DNA of 64,000 nt from the IMG/VR virus record IMGVR_UViG_3300032308_002775, positions 1-64,000 of that record. One strand, written 5' to 3'. The position numbers were made by a program, and so were the translations under genes. Origin of the DNA: a virus. The notes beneath the pieces were generated by a model. The model worked only from the letters and a program-made list of their open reading frames with translations, did no database searches and was not told where the DNA came from. Positions 18,047-27,094 of the stretch are shown one piece after another. Position 1 is the first letter of the stretch, and each line of letters opens with the position of its first letter.

Positions 18047-19651
18047 ATGTTGCTGATAGAGGGAGCGCACATGCGCGTGCTTGCTTTAACAGTGTCGGAT
18101 CGCGTTTTCTTTTCCGGCACGCTGGCCGCAGTTAACTCGCTGTTGCACTATTCTGCGAACTGGCCTGCTGATTGGGTGTTGGATATCGCTGTTGTTTCAA
18201 GTGGCGAATACAACGAAGCGCTGACCGCGCCGCAAATAAACATGCTGACTCGCGGCGGCGTGCAGGTCTACAAACACACGGACTTTACAGCGCCTGGCCG
18301 CGTTCTAGGCGCCTGGCAGCTAAAAGCGTACGCAGCAAATGATCTCGCGCAACGCAATCAACACGCCGTTATTATCGGGTTTGATTCGGATCTTTTGTTC
18401 GCATCAGACGTGCGCGACGTTGTGACTCAGTGTCACGCGGACGGCAACTTTTGTGGCGGCGAAGACGGAAAAGGCGCGACTTACACCGCAGAATACGCCG
18501 CGTACGGAATTCCGGCTGGGTTGTCTGCTCCGTACATGTCGACGTCGTGCTACTTTTGTCCGCTCACCGATACCAATAAACACATCCTGCACGAGTGGGC
18601 GGAAAAAACGAATACGGCAAAATATGGGCCGCAAACAACTAAGGTCTATGCCGGGCACGGTGATCAGGGCGTGCTGAATGCCGTAATTGCGGCACACACG
18701 CGCGCCGTTAATGTCGTGCTTTTACCAAATGCGCTGTGGAGTCAGCACTGGCGCTACGAAACAGATGTTGTTGAATGGGACGGGCAGCATCTTGTTAACT
18801 ACACGGCAAGCAAACAGCCAATGCGAGCGTTGCATTGCGGCGGCAGTGATAAATTTTGGACACCAGCGCATTCGGCGCGCCGACTAAACGGCGGACAAAG
18901 TCAGCGGTGGAGCTACGCGCACTTTTTACGTTTCTTCCACTTTGGCCCGTTGTCGGTATGGGACATCGATCCGTTGATGGTGATTCCTGCCGAGCATCTG
19001 CATCTTTTTTCAGACGTTTTAAACTACCATCAGTTGATTTTTGCTATGGCGCCCGACGTGCGGAAGAAGTGGGCCGCATTGAGCTCGCAGTGGCTAGATC
19101 GCGCCATTTCTTCCGAAAAGGTTCGGCGCGCCATGTCTTTGCACGCCGACGGAAATGGTTCGATGAACGTCTATGTAGAGTTGGCGCGTGAGCTTTCGGC
19201 TGGCGGCACGTTAGTTGAAGTGGGTTCTTTTTACGGCGGCTCTGCAGTAACAGTTGCCGCTGCCACGCGTCATAACAACGTGCGTGTCATCTCGGTCGAA
19301 TCGTTCACGGGCAATCTTGACAATACTGTAGATGGGTTACCGCTTCCCGCAATTACAGAATATGTGCGCAATGTAAAGCAGGTATGGCCGTACCTAAACA
19401 TTGATACGGTAGCTCTGCCGGGGCAATTAGCGGCCGACATGTTCGAAGACAATTCTTTGGACATGGTATTTATTGACGGTGACCACTCAACGGCTGCCGT
19501 CCTGCGCGATATTGCAGTGTGGTGGCCAAAAGTTGCGCTCGGGGGCGTGCTGGCTGGCGATGATTACAGTTGGCGTACAGTAGCGGCTGCAGTCAAAGAA
19601 CGGTTTCCGCACGCGTCAAATAAGCACTCGGTGTGGTGGGTGAAAAAATGA
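18047..19651 (+). CDS. Glycosyltransferase-like domain fused to a class I SAM methyltransferase
   Basis: N-terminal FDSD and GDQGVLN; C-terminal VEVGSFYGGS, FIDGDH, GGVLAGDDY. Confidence 0.75.
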   Translation: MLLIEGAHMRVLALTVSDRVFFSGTLAAVNSLLHYSANWPADWVLDIAVVSSGEYNEALTAPQINMLTRGGVQVYKHTDFTAPGRVLGAWQLKAYAANDLAQRNQHAVIIGFDSDLLFASDVRDVVTQCHADGNFCGGEDGKGATYTAEYAAYGIPAGLSAPYMSTSCYFCPLTDTNKHILHEWAEKTNTAKYGPQTTKVYAGHGDQGVLNAVIAAHTRAVNVVLLPNALWSQHWRYETDVVEWDGQHLVNYTASKQPMRALHCGGSDKFWTPAHSARRLNGGQSQRWSYAHFLRFFHFGPLSVWDIDPLMVIPAEHLHLFSDVLNYHQLIFAMAPDVRKKWAALSSQWLDRAISSEKVRRAMSLHADGNGSMNVYVELARELSAGGTLVEVGSFYGGSAVTVAAATRHNNVRVISVESFTGNLDNTVDGLPLPAITEYVRNVKQVWPYLNIDTVALPGQLAADMFEDNSLDMVFIDGDHSTAAVLRDIAVWWPKVALGGVLAGDDYSWRTVAAAVKERFPHASNKHSVWWVKK

Positions 19652-20634
19652 CCGTGGCGCCCCGCAAAATCATTTTTCAAAACTGGCAAAGCCCGGGCGA
19701 CATCGTGATGCTGCTGTTCGCGCTCGACAGCCTGCATCGTAGCTATCCGGATGTGTTTATCACCGACGTGCGCTGCACGGCGCGCGAGATCTTCCACGGC
19801 AGTCCATTTATTACGCCGCTTGACGATAACGAAGAGGGCGTAATGGTCATCAAGGCCGAGTACCCCTCAATTCACCGTAGCAACACGCACCCGGTGCGCT
19901 TCGTTACCGCCTTTGCCGAGCACATGGAACAGCGCCTCGGCGTGCGAATTCGACCGGGGCCGTTTCATAGCGTGGTGCACATTACGGCAGAAGAAGAACG
20001 CTGGGTTTCCGCGGTGCATGAGGTTCTCAAGCGCGACGTGCCGTACTGGATCATCAACGCGGGGCACAAAAGCGATTTCACGGCGAAGGCCTGGGACTTC
20101 GAGCGCTACCAGGCGCTCGTCGACCGCTTTCCTGAGATCTGGTTTGTGCAGGTTGGTTCGCCGGAGCACACGCATCCGCCGCTGACAGGCCCTAACGTAC
20201 TTAACTTCGTGGGGAAAACCGACACGCGACAGCTCATTCGGCTCGTGTGGCACTCCTTCGGCGTTATTTCTGGCGTCAGCTTCCCGATGCACCTCGCCTA
20301 TGCTGTGCCGCCGCATCCGCGTTTTAATCGCAAAAGCCGCGCCAATATCACGATCGCCGGGGGTCGTGAGCCTGCACACTGGGAGGAGGGCCCGAACCAC
20401 CACTATCTGCACACCTGCGGTATGCTGCCCTGCTGCGACATGGGCGGTTGTTGGAAGAGTCGCGTGGTGCCGCTTGGCGACGGCGACGGGAAAGACAACA
20501 GTCTGTGCGTATCGCCGGTGATGCTTGGCAGCGGCCAGTGGATTGGTCGTTGCATGGAAATGATTAGCGTGGATGACGTGGCCCGGGTTATTGAGAAGTA
20601 CATGACCAACCTCGAGTACGAACCAATATCGTGA
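19648..20634 (+). CDS. GT9 (ADP-heptose transferase-like) glycosyltransferase
   Basis: SPGDIVM, KAW, VQVG, VGKTDTRQLI, SFPMHLA, C-terminal Cys cluster. Confidence 0.8.
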   Translation: MTVAPRKIIFQNWQSPGDIVMLLFALDSLHRSYPDVFITDVRCTAREIFHGSPFITPLDDNEEGVMVIKAEYPSIHRSNTHPVRFVTAFAEHMEQRLGVRIRPGPFHSVVHITAEEERWVSAVHEVLKRDVPYWIINAGHKSDFTAKAWDFERYQALVDRFPEIWFVQVGSPEHTHPPLTGPNVLNFVGKTDTRQLIRLVWHSFGVISGVSFPMHLAYAVPPHPRFNRKSRANITIAGGREPAHWEEGPNHHYLHTCGMLPCCDMGGCWKSRVVPLGDGDGKDNSLCVSPVMLGSGQWIGRCMEMISVDDVARVIEKYMTNLEYEPIS

Positions 20635-20891
20635 ATGATTTCAGCTGGACGACCGCCCTGACGGTGTTCGTCGTGTACGTGTTCTTTGACATCCTCTACG
20701 CTCTTTACGTTTTGTGCGTCAGCCGCAAACAAGCGATGTCTGCTAGCTTGATCAGCTCTGTGCTGTACAGCCTCGGCGCCTACGGGGTAATGAACTACCT
20801 GCATAACCCCTGGTACCTGATTCCTCTTGCGTGCGGCGCTTTCCTAGGCACGTACGTTGCCGTGAAGTACATGGGAGACCTGCACGCATGA
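20631..20891 (+). CDS. Small membrane protein
   Basis: Three hydrophobic segments. Confidence 0.7.
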   Translation: MNDFSWTTALTVFVVYVFFDILYALYVLCVSRKQAMSASLISSVLYSLGAYGVMNYLHNPWYLIPLACGAFLGTYVAVKYMGDLHA

Positions 20892-21307
20892 CGCCGCGCC
20901 GCTCGACGACAATTGGGTTGGATTTTGACTGCACGTTTACCTCAGACATCGAGTTCTGGCGGCTATTCGTGCAACTTTGCGTCAAACGCGGGCACCAGGT
21001 CGTGCTTGTTACGGCGCGACACGACACGCCCGAGAATCACGCATTGGTGCGCGATGTGATTGGGGGGCCGACGCTCTTGCAGCTGGCGGGCGTGGTGTTT
21101 ACGAGCCGCGGACCCAAGCGGCCGCATGCGACTGAGCGCGGATTTCAAATTGATATCTGGATCGACGACTTGCCCGAGTTTGTTGGTAACGCCAGCCTGG
21201 AACTGCTGGAGGTGATCAAGAGCCAGCAGTCCATCCACGAAACGCTGCCCGTGGTGCAGATCGGCGCCGTTGACCCTGACGCAGTGTGGCAGCCCGATGC
21301 AGAGTGA
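20888..21307 (+). CDS. HAD-superfamily phosphatase-like protein
   Basis: LDFDCTF, VTAR, K, WIDD motifs. Confidence 0.75.
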   Translation: MTPRRSTTIGLDFDCTFTSDIEFWRLFVQLCVKRGHQVVLVTARHDTPENHALVRDVIGGPTLLQLAGVVFTSRGPKRPHATERGFQIDIWIDDLPEFVGNASLELLEVIKSQQSIHETLPVVQIGAVDPDAVWQPDAE

Positions 21308-21626
21308 AACTGTTTATCTCCTGCTGGCCTTTGCGCTGGGCTACCTGACCGGCCGGGCGGATTCCCTGTACCGCGCGCTGTGGGACAAGTTTGGCTCTTC
21401 GCCGAAAACCGGGTTCTTCGCCGAGCAGACTCAACCGCCGCGGCCGCAGCACAATGGCCAGCCCGCGCCAAAGATATCTATTGACGAGCGCAAGGTCGTC
21501 TCAGAGATCAGCACGGCGGGCATCGCCAAGTCCGACGCCGCCGCCAGCGAGCTTGGGACGAAAACGGTACAGTCTGATAACATCGACGCGTCGGTGAGCA
21601 AGCTGGCGCAACTCAAAGGGAGATAA
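21297..21626 (+). CDS. Membrane-anchored hypothetical protein
   Basis: N-terminal hydrophobic helix; directly upstream of the actin-like gene. Confidence 0.65.
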   Translation: MQSETVYLLLAFALGYLTGRADSLYRALWDKFGSSPKTGFFAEQTQPPRPQHNGQPAPKISIDERKVVSEISTAGIAKSDAAASELGTKTVQSDNIDASVSKLAQLKGR

Positions 21627-21628
21627 TC

Positions 21629-22633
21629 ATGGCCAAGGGGCTCGACGTCGGTACTTCTTTCGTGGTCCTGGCCAGCGACGCCGCTGACGGCGCGGTGGTT
21701 TACAAGGATTTTCGGGACGCGTTCTACACGATCAAGCCCTCGAGTCCCGTGGCGCTGAAGATGATTGAGAAGGGCCTCGCCGGGCGGGTGTTCGTCAAGG
21801 ACGCCGACGGGACGTTTATCCTGCTCGGTCAGGACGCCATCGAGAAGGCCGTCGAGCGCAACGACTCGGCCAAACGACCCATGCACCGCGGCGTGGTCTC
21901 CGCCAAGGAGAAGGACGCCAAGCGGATCCTGGCCTACATCCTGAAGGAAGTCGCGGGCCAGGCCAGCGAGCCGGGCGAGAAGCTGGTGTTTTGCATTCCC
22001 GCCCAGCCGGTGGACCAGGAGGACGAGGATTTCGACGTCGGCTACCACGAGGACGTTGTCAAAACCATCCTCGCCGAGTGCGGCTACGAGGCCCGGGCGA
22101 TCAACGAAGCCGAGGCCTTGTGCTACTCGGAGCTCGAAAACGACGACTACACCGGCGTGGCTTTGTCTTGCGGCGCCGGGATGGTGAACTGCTGCGTGAT
22201 GCTCAACGGCGAGCCCACGGTCATGTTCAGCACCACCAAAAGCGGCGACTGGATCGACCGGATGACCGCCGTGGCCACCGGTGAGCCCGACTCGGTTGTT
22301 CAGGCCGAGAAGGAGCACGGGGAGTTCACGATCGGCCAGCCCAACGAGAACCCGATCCTGGCGGCCGTTTCGAGCTACTATGAGCGACTTATCGACTACA
22401 CGACCAAGCAGCTCGCTGCCGCTATGACTGGGCACAGGCTGCTTCCCAAGTTCAAGAATCCGCTGCCGGTTGTTATCGCAGGCGGAACCAGCCAGGCGAA
22501 CGGTTTTGTGCCGCGGTTTCACGAAAAGCTCGCGGAGAACGGCTTTCCGCTGGCGCTGAAGGAAGTACGACACGCCAAGGATCCGCTGCACGCGGTAGCC
22601 CGCGGGTGCCTGGTAGCCGCCAAAATCCTGTGA
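21629..22633 (+). CDS. Actin-like ATPase (MreB/ParM/MamK fold)
   Basis: Phosphate-1 GLDVGTS, connect INEAEA, phosphate-2 SCGAGMVN, adenosine IAGGTS, AVARG. Confidence 0.85.
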   Translation: MAKGLDVGTSFVVLASDAADGAVVYKDFRDAFYTIKPSSPVALKMIEKGLAGRVFVKDADGTFILLGQDAIEKAVERNDSAKRPMHRGVVSAKEKDAKRILAYILKEVAGQASEPGEKLVFCIPAQPVDQEDEDFDVGYHEDVVKTILAECGYEARAINEAEALCYSELENDDYTGVALSCGAGMVNCCVMLNGEPTVMFSTTKSGDWIDRMTAVATGEPDSVVQAEKEHGEFTIGQPNENPILAAVSSYYERLIDYTTKQLAAAMTGHRLLPKFKNPLPVVIAGGTSQANGFVPRFHEKLAENGFPLALKEVRHAKDPLHAVARGCLVAAKIL

Positions 22634-22636
22634 GCA

Positions 22637-23671
22637 ATGAGCAACCCGGCTGTCGACGATATTGAACAGCGGTTGCGCGCGCTTCCGTACGGCGCGCCTG
22701 AAACCGGTGAGCTGCATTTGGCGTTGGCGCAAAATGCAGACAGTCTGGACAGGCTGGTCGGCTGCAATTTCGCGCCGCTCGTGATTCCGCCGCGCCATCC
22801 GGGTTGGACGTTCAAAAATCCGAGCATTGCACGGAATCCGGCGGGCGGCTACTACTGTGCGCTCCGGTACTCGTCGTGGCCGCTGATTCGCGGCTTTGCG
22901 TCACACTCCGAGTTGGCGGTGGCGACGCTGAATGATTTGTTAGAGCTTACCAGCGTTCAGTACGTTTACCCGCTCGCGCGCGAAACTATAGTGCCTGTTT
23001 TTGCGGCTTTCGGACCAGAAGACGCGCGGTTGTTTCGGGTGTACGACCGCTGGTTTGCTACGGCCTCGTTTCGTGACGTGCCGGAGTGTGCCGCAACGCC
23101 GCAGTTCTACTACTGCATGGGGTTGATGTCTTTTGACAATAACTTTAATTGGACTCAGCTTTCGATTCTTCCAGGCCGCGTACCGCAATCTGAAAAGAAC
23201 TGGATGCCGATTGAGGGCGAGTTATCGTGGCTCTACAGTCCGTTTAATACGTTAAAGTGTCGCGTTCAACACGAAGATCAAAAACTGGTCTACTCGCCGC
23301 CGCTTGCCACCCCGCCCGACTTGCAGTTCGCCCGAGGCGGAACACAGATCGTCGCCATTAATCAGGACTACTTGATCGGCATTATTCATGAAACGATTAT
23401 GAACGTCCCGGATGCCGAGACGCGCGAGCACGGGTGGCGGCGCGCCTACGTACACCGGTTTGTTCTGTATCGGCGCGAGCCGTTTTGCGTTGCGGCGCTC
23501 TCTCCGCCCTTCCATTTTTTGACGCAGTGCAGCACCGAGTTTGCCGCAGGTCTCGCCTACAAAGACGGCAAACTGATTGTTTCCTTCGGGCACCATGACA
23601 CGTCCAGCTGGCTGGCCGAGGTCCGCCTGGCTGACGTTCAACGTGTTTTGCGGCCCGGTGCGTCGTCGTAA
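22637..23671 (+). CDS. Glycoside hydrolase/phosphorylase-like beta-propeller protein
   Basis: NPSI, GPEDARL, EKNWMP, RGGT, EFAAGL, VSFG. Confidence 0.65.
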   Translation: MSNPAVDDIEQRLRALPYGAPETGELHLALAQNADSLDRLVGCNFAPLVIPPRHPGWTFKNPSIARNPAGGYYCALRYSSWPLIRGFASHSELAVATLNDLLELTSVQYVYPLARETIVPVFAAFGPEDARLFRVYDRWFATASFRDVPECAATPQFYYCMGLMSFDNNFNWTQLSILPGRVPQSEKNWMPIEGELSWLYSPFNTLKCRVQHEDQKLVYSPPLATPPDLQFARGGTQIVAINQDYLIGIIHETIMNVPDAETREHGWRRAYVHRFVLYRREPFCVAALSPPFHFLTQCSTEFAAGLAYKDGKLIVSFGHHDTSSWLAEVRLADVQRVLRPGASS

Positions 23672-23720
23672 CGGTTGCGTATGTTAAAATAGGCCTGCCG
23701 CGGTCAACGCAGGGTTTTTT

Positions 23721-25016
23721 ATGCGCAGCTGGGATTTTTTTGACACGCTTTTTGGGCGGGCTTGCGGCGAGCCGTGGCGCGTGTTTGAGCTCATGGGCGG
23801 CGAAGAGTTTAAGCATTTTCGCCAACAGGCTGAGCAAAAAAGCGACAAGACGTTTGCGGGGATTTATCGGGAACTTCGGCAAATTACAAATTGGCCGCGG
23901 GAGCGCGTAGACACACTGCAGGCAGAAGAGTGGGAGTGGGAGCGGCGGCTTTCCTTTCCGATCTTTGAAAATGTACGCGACGTCAAATCGGGTGATTTGA
24001 TCATCACTGACACTTATTTTGACGCGCAGCAGGTTCGCGAGTTGGCAGACTGCATTCAGTTGCCCGCTGTAGACATCATTGCAACGTACGGCGGAAAACA
24101 TCACGGCACAGTTTGGAAAAATTTGCGCCGGTCGTCGCGCAAAATTGCAACACACACAGGCGATAATCGCCACGCAGACTATGACCAAGCGCGCAAACAC
24201 GGTTTTACGGCAATAAACTATCGCGCAGGTAGTTTTACGGGGCTTGAAAAAACTTTGATTATGGCGGGGCATTGGGACGTTGCAGGCTTAGCGAGAGCCG
24301 TGCGACTCCAAAACCCGCACCGGTCTCCAAGCTTGTTGTGGGGCGCGTGGAACAAACAGGCGCAGTACAATATTCCGTTCCTGTTGTTGTGCGCAGCAAA
24401 ATTACGGCAATATGTTGCCGATAACAATCACCAGCATGTTTGGTTTTTGTCGCGCGATACATGCCTGCTGCAGCGCGTTTTTATGGCGCTGTACCCCGAG
24501 GTTCCCGCGGAGACGTTCTACGCTAGTCGCCAGACGTATACGCACTCGTCGGAATCTTTTATTACCTATGCGCGCGCCGCAATCAACAAACCACGCCCGT
24601 TGTTTGTAGACCTTCAGGGCACCGGCAAAAGCGCGGCTGAATTTATCAACAAAACCCAAATTGCCTTGCCGTACCTGTTTTGCGCCATACCCAGCACGCT
24701 GGCCGCTTTTACGCCAGCATTGTATCGATTGAACTTTATCGGCACTGAGTTAGAAGTCTTCAATTACGATGTTCAAGGGCGGGTAATTGACGTGTTTGAT
24801 GGGCAGCCTGTGCGTGCGGCGCTGGAATACGATAAGAAAATAGTGCAGGCAAGCCACGCCGCAGTGGACTGCCTTTTGAAGCACATTTTTCGTTCGCCCG
24901 GAGCGCCAAGCAATGAGTTAATGGACATGTTGTTCCGGCATGTCCGCCGTCATGCGCCGCGAGAGTTGCTTAAACAACACCAGGCGCATCATCCATTTAT
25001 TCAATCAAAGGATTGA
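23721..25016 (+). CDS. HAD-like hydrolase of polysaccharide loci
   Basis: SWDFFDTL, TDTY, HTGDNRHAD, FLSRD, VDLQGTG. Confidence 0.7.
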   Translation: MRSWDFFDTLFGRACGEPWRVFELMGGEEFKHFRQQAEQKSDKTFAGIYRELRQITNWPRERVDTLQAEEWEWERRLSFPIFENVRDVKSGDLIITDTYFDAQQVRELADCIQLPAVDIIATYGGKHHGTVWKNLRRSSRKIATHTGDNRHADYDQARKHGFTAINYRAGSFTGLEKTLIMAGHWDVAGLARAVRLQNPHRSPSLLWGAWNKQAQYNIPFLLLCAAKLRQYVADNNHQHVWFLSRDTCLLQRVFMALYPEVPAETFYASRQTYTHSSESFITYARAAINKPRPLFVDLQGTGKSAAEFINKTQIALPYLFCAIPSTLAAFTPALYRLNFIGTELEVFNYDVQGRVIDVFDGQPVRAALEYDKKIVQASHAAVDCLLKHIFRSPGAPSNELMDMLFRHVRRHAPRELLKQHQAHHPFIQSKD

Positions 25017-25642
25017 GTGTGGACTACAGTCAGATTCCGGCGTTTTGTGTCAATTTGGCGGCGCGCGCTGACCGCTGGAGTCAAGCACAAATCGAATTTG
25101 CGCGTATTGCGTATCCGGTTACGCGGTGGTTTGCGGCGCATTATGCGCAGTCGCCTTATCCGGGTCTTTCTACTGGCGCCGCCGGGTGTCTAGACAGCCA
25201 CAAGGCGCTCTGGCGGCATTGTCTCAATGAAAACCTAGATATGATTGCTGTTTTTGAGGACGACGTCGTCTTTTCAAGTGATTTTGCCGCCGTGTTTCCA
25301 CTGGCCGCGGCCGAACTACCGGAAGATTGGGACGTTTGGCACCTCCACTCGTCAAAAGTGCCGCAGTCGGGCGCAGGCAAGTACCTCGTGCGCGCGCGCA
25401 ACAAGCTTTGGGGCACGCACGGCTATCTAATCCGCCGCCGCGGCTGCGAAAGGGCGCTAGCGCTGCCTGACGACGTACCGGCGGACTACCGCTTGAGTGA
25501 ATACCTGGATCAGCGGGGCGGGCAGGTGTACGCCACCCGGCAAGAACATGCCCTCGCGTTTCAACAGGGAGACGACTCCGACATTCCCCGTACGGCGCAG
25601 CTTGAGTTTTGGCGCGAACAGCGTCAACGATTTTGTCGTTGA
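25013..25642 (+). CDS. Glycosyltransferase family 25
   Basis: VNLAARADRW, GCLDSH, VFEDDV, GTHGYLI. Confidence 0.85.
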   Translation: MSVDYSQIPAFCVNLAARADRWSQAQIEFARIAYPVTRWFAAHYAQSPYPGLSTGAAGCLDSHKALWRHCLNENLDMIAVFEDDVVFSSDFAAVFPLAAAELPEDWDVWHLHSSKVPQSGAGKYLVRARNKLWGTHGYLIRRRGCERALALPDDVPADYRLSEYLDQRGGQVYATRQEHALAFQQGDDSDIPRTAQLEFWREQRQRFCR

Positions 25643-25746
25643 AACAATCCTTATGGGGCTAGGCACGCGCAGCATCTTGCGCTATTTGTAATGCTGCCCG
25701 CTCGCTGCGTCCTTTGACAACCTGGTTTTGCGCTCGTCTGTTAAGA

Positions 25747-26022
25747 CGTGATAAATTGGTGTTTACGGGCGAAAGTCCGTAAATACCGCGAGTTGGTCGT
25801 GGTGGCCGACTGGTTAGGTGCTATTTCGGGCTGCATGGATGCACCCGGGGTAGCTGGATCCGTGGTCAGAGCATGACGTGAACACGGTCGGAGGCGCGGT
25901 GAATGCCACACGGGGCGAAAATATGCCTTTGTAAGTCACCGCTTAACCCCGGTTCGCCGGGGTCGGACCTGTGGGTAGGGGATCCCAGGAGCTTGCGGTA
26001 TACCAACAGCACTCTTATCGCG
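25747..26022 (+). ncRNA. Candidate large structured non-coding RNA (unknown class)
   Basis: Closing stem CGTGATAA/TTATCGCG, 13-bp GAAA-capped hairpin, TTCG-capped hairpin and nested long-range stems in a ~400-bp intergenic gap. Confidence 0.65.
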
Positions 26023-26037
26023 CCGGGAGCCAGCGGG

Positions 26038-26376
26038 ATGTTTATGGACCTGACTCATCCAATCTGGGTATTTCTCAGCGCCTTTGGAGTGTCGTCTTTT
26101 GCGGGTCTGGCCACGTACTTGCGCTTTTCGCGTAAAATGACGCGGCTTGGGTTATTTAGCGCCATGTTAAACGCGGGCTGCCTGGGCCTGGCCATTGCGC
26201 TGTTCTGGTATGAACACTACCGGGATTCGGAGAACATTTACGGACTGATCGGCATCTGCGTGTTCGCTGGAATGAGCGGCTCAGCGGTGACCGACGTTCT
26301 GTGGTCGATTTTGTCGGGCGCCGGAATCAAGGTAAAAATCACGCACGAGCACAACAGGAGTAACGAAGATGACTGA
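26038..26376 (+). CDS. Holin-like multi-pass membrane protein
   Basis: Three hydrophobic segments and a charged C-terminal tail. Confidence 0.55.
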   Translation: MFMDLTHPIWVFLSAFGVSSFAGLATYLRFSRKMTRLGLFSAMLNAGCLGLAIALFWYEHYRDSENIYGLIGICVFAGMSGSAVTDVLWSILSGAGIKVKITHEHNRSNEDD

Positions 26377-26521
26377 CCGTAAACTTCGACACACGCTCTC
26401 CGCCGCTGCCTGGGCCTGCACGCTGTTGTGGTCGCTTGCTCTGCTGTCGTCTGCCATGGCTGTTTCGAGCCACGCGCGGGCGATTGCGGGCGCGCAGACC
26501 GAAACACGACCGCAACCATGA
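26369..26521 (+). CDS. Small membrane/signal-peptide protein (50 aa; not in the ORF track)
   Basis: AGGAG RBS; MTDRKLRHTLSAAAWACTLLWSLALLSSAMA...; ATGA overlap with the PAS gene. Confidence 0.55.
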   Translation: MTDRKLRHTLSAAAWACTLLWSLALLSSAMAVSSHARAIAGAQTETRPQP

Positions 26522-27084
26522 CTTTTTTTGCCGCCATGATGCTTGAATCGCCTTCTGGAAAGCGGCGCAGCTTTGCGGCCTGGTGGGCCGTAGCCGCGTC
26601 GATTCTTTGCGCCCTCCTGCTCTGGCGGTACGCCGCCGCCCTGAACGCTCGCGAGAGCGAGCTGGTCAAGATCATTAACTACTCAGCGGACGCCGTGATC
26701 GTCTGCGACCGCTCCGGCAAAGTGTTGTTCGCCAATGACGCCGTTTGGGCGATCACCGGCTATACCGAGCGGGATTTGGTAGACCACGGCTTATCACAAC
26801 TCATTCCAGATTACCTGCGCGACCGGCATCTCCAGGGCCTGGATCGCGCCAGGACGAAAAGCGACCGCGGCGTTGAAGGCATTCATTACCGCGCCGTCTA
26901 TCCGGTGCTGCGCAAGCAAGGTTCCCCAGTCATGTGCCTGGTAAGCGTAGGCAGCGTGCTTCATTTCGGCGGGCCGCAGTTTTTTGCGTTTATCACGCCG
27001 ATCGCCAACCTGCCGGAAGAAGAAGAAAAAAAGCCCGCAAACTCGGCTGATCTGTCAGTCATTCCGCCCTCGGATCTGAATTGA
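26518..27084 (+). CDS. Membrane-anchored stand-alone PAS domain protein
   Basis: TM helix, then IINYSADAVIVCDRSGKVLFANDAVWAITGY...LSQLIP. Confidence 0.8.
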   Translation: MTFFAAMMLESPSGKRRSFAAWWAVAASILCALLLWRYAAALNARESELVKIINYSADAVIVCDRSGKVLFANDAVWAITGYTERDLVDHGLSQLIPDYLRDRHLQGLDRARTKSDRGVEGIHYRAVYPVLRKQGSPVMCLVSVGSVLHFGGPQFFAFITPIANLPEEEEKKPANSADLSVIPPSDLN

Positions 27085-27094
27085 GGCGCTGGCC

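Noticed and set aside
25747-26022. RNase P RNA (GAAAGTCC) or ORF 25903 N-terminal extension
   Set aside because: GAAAGTCC is locked in a local hairpin and the other RNase P conserved regions are not evident; the membrane protein more plausibly starts at 26038 or 26044.
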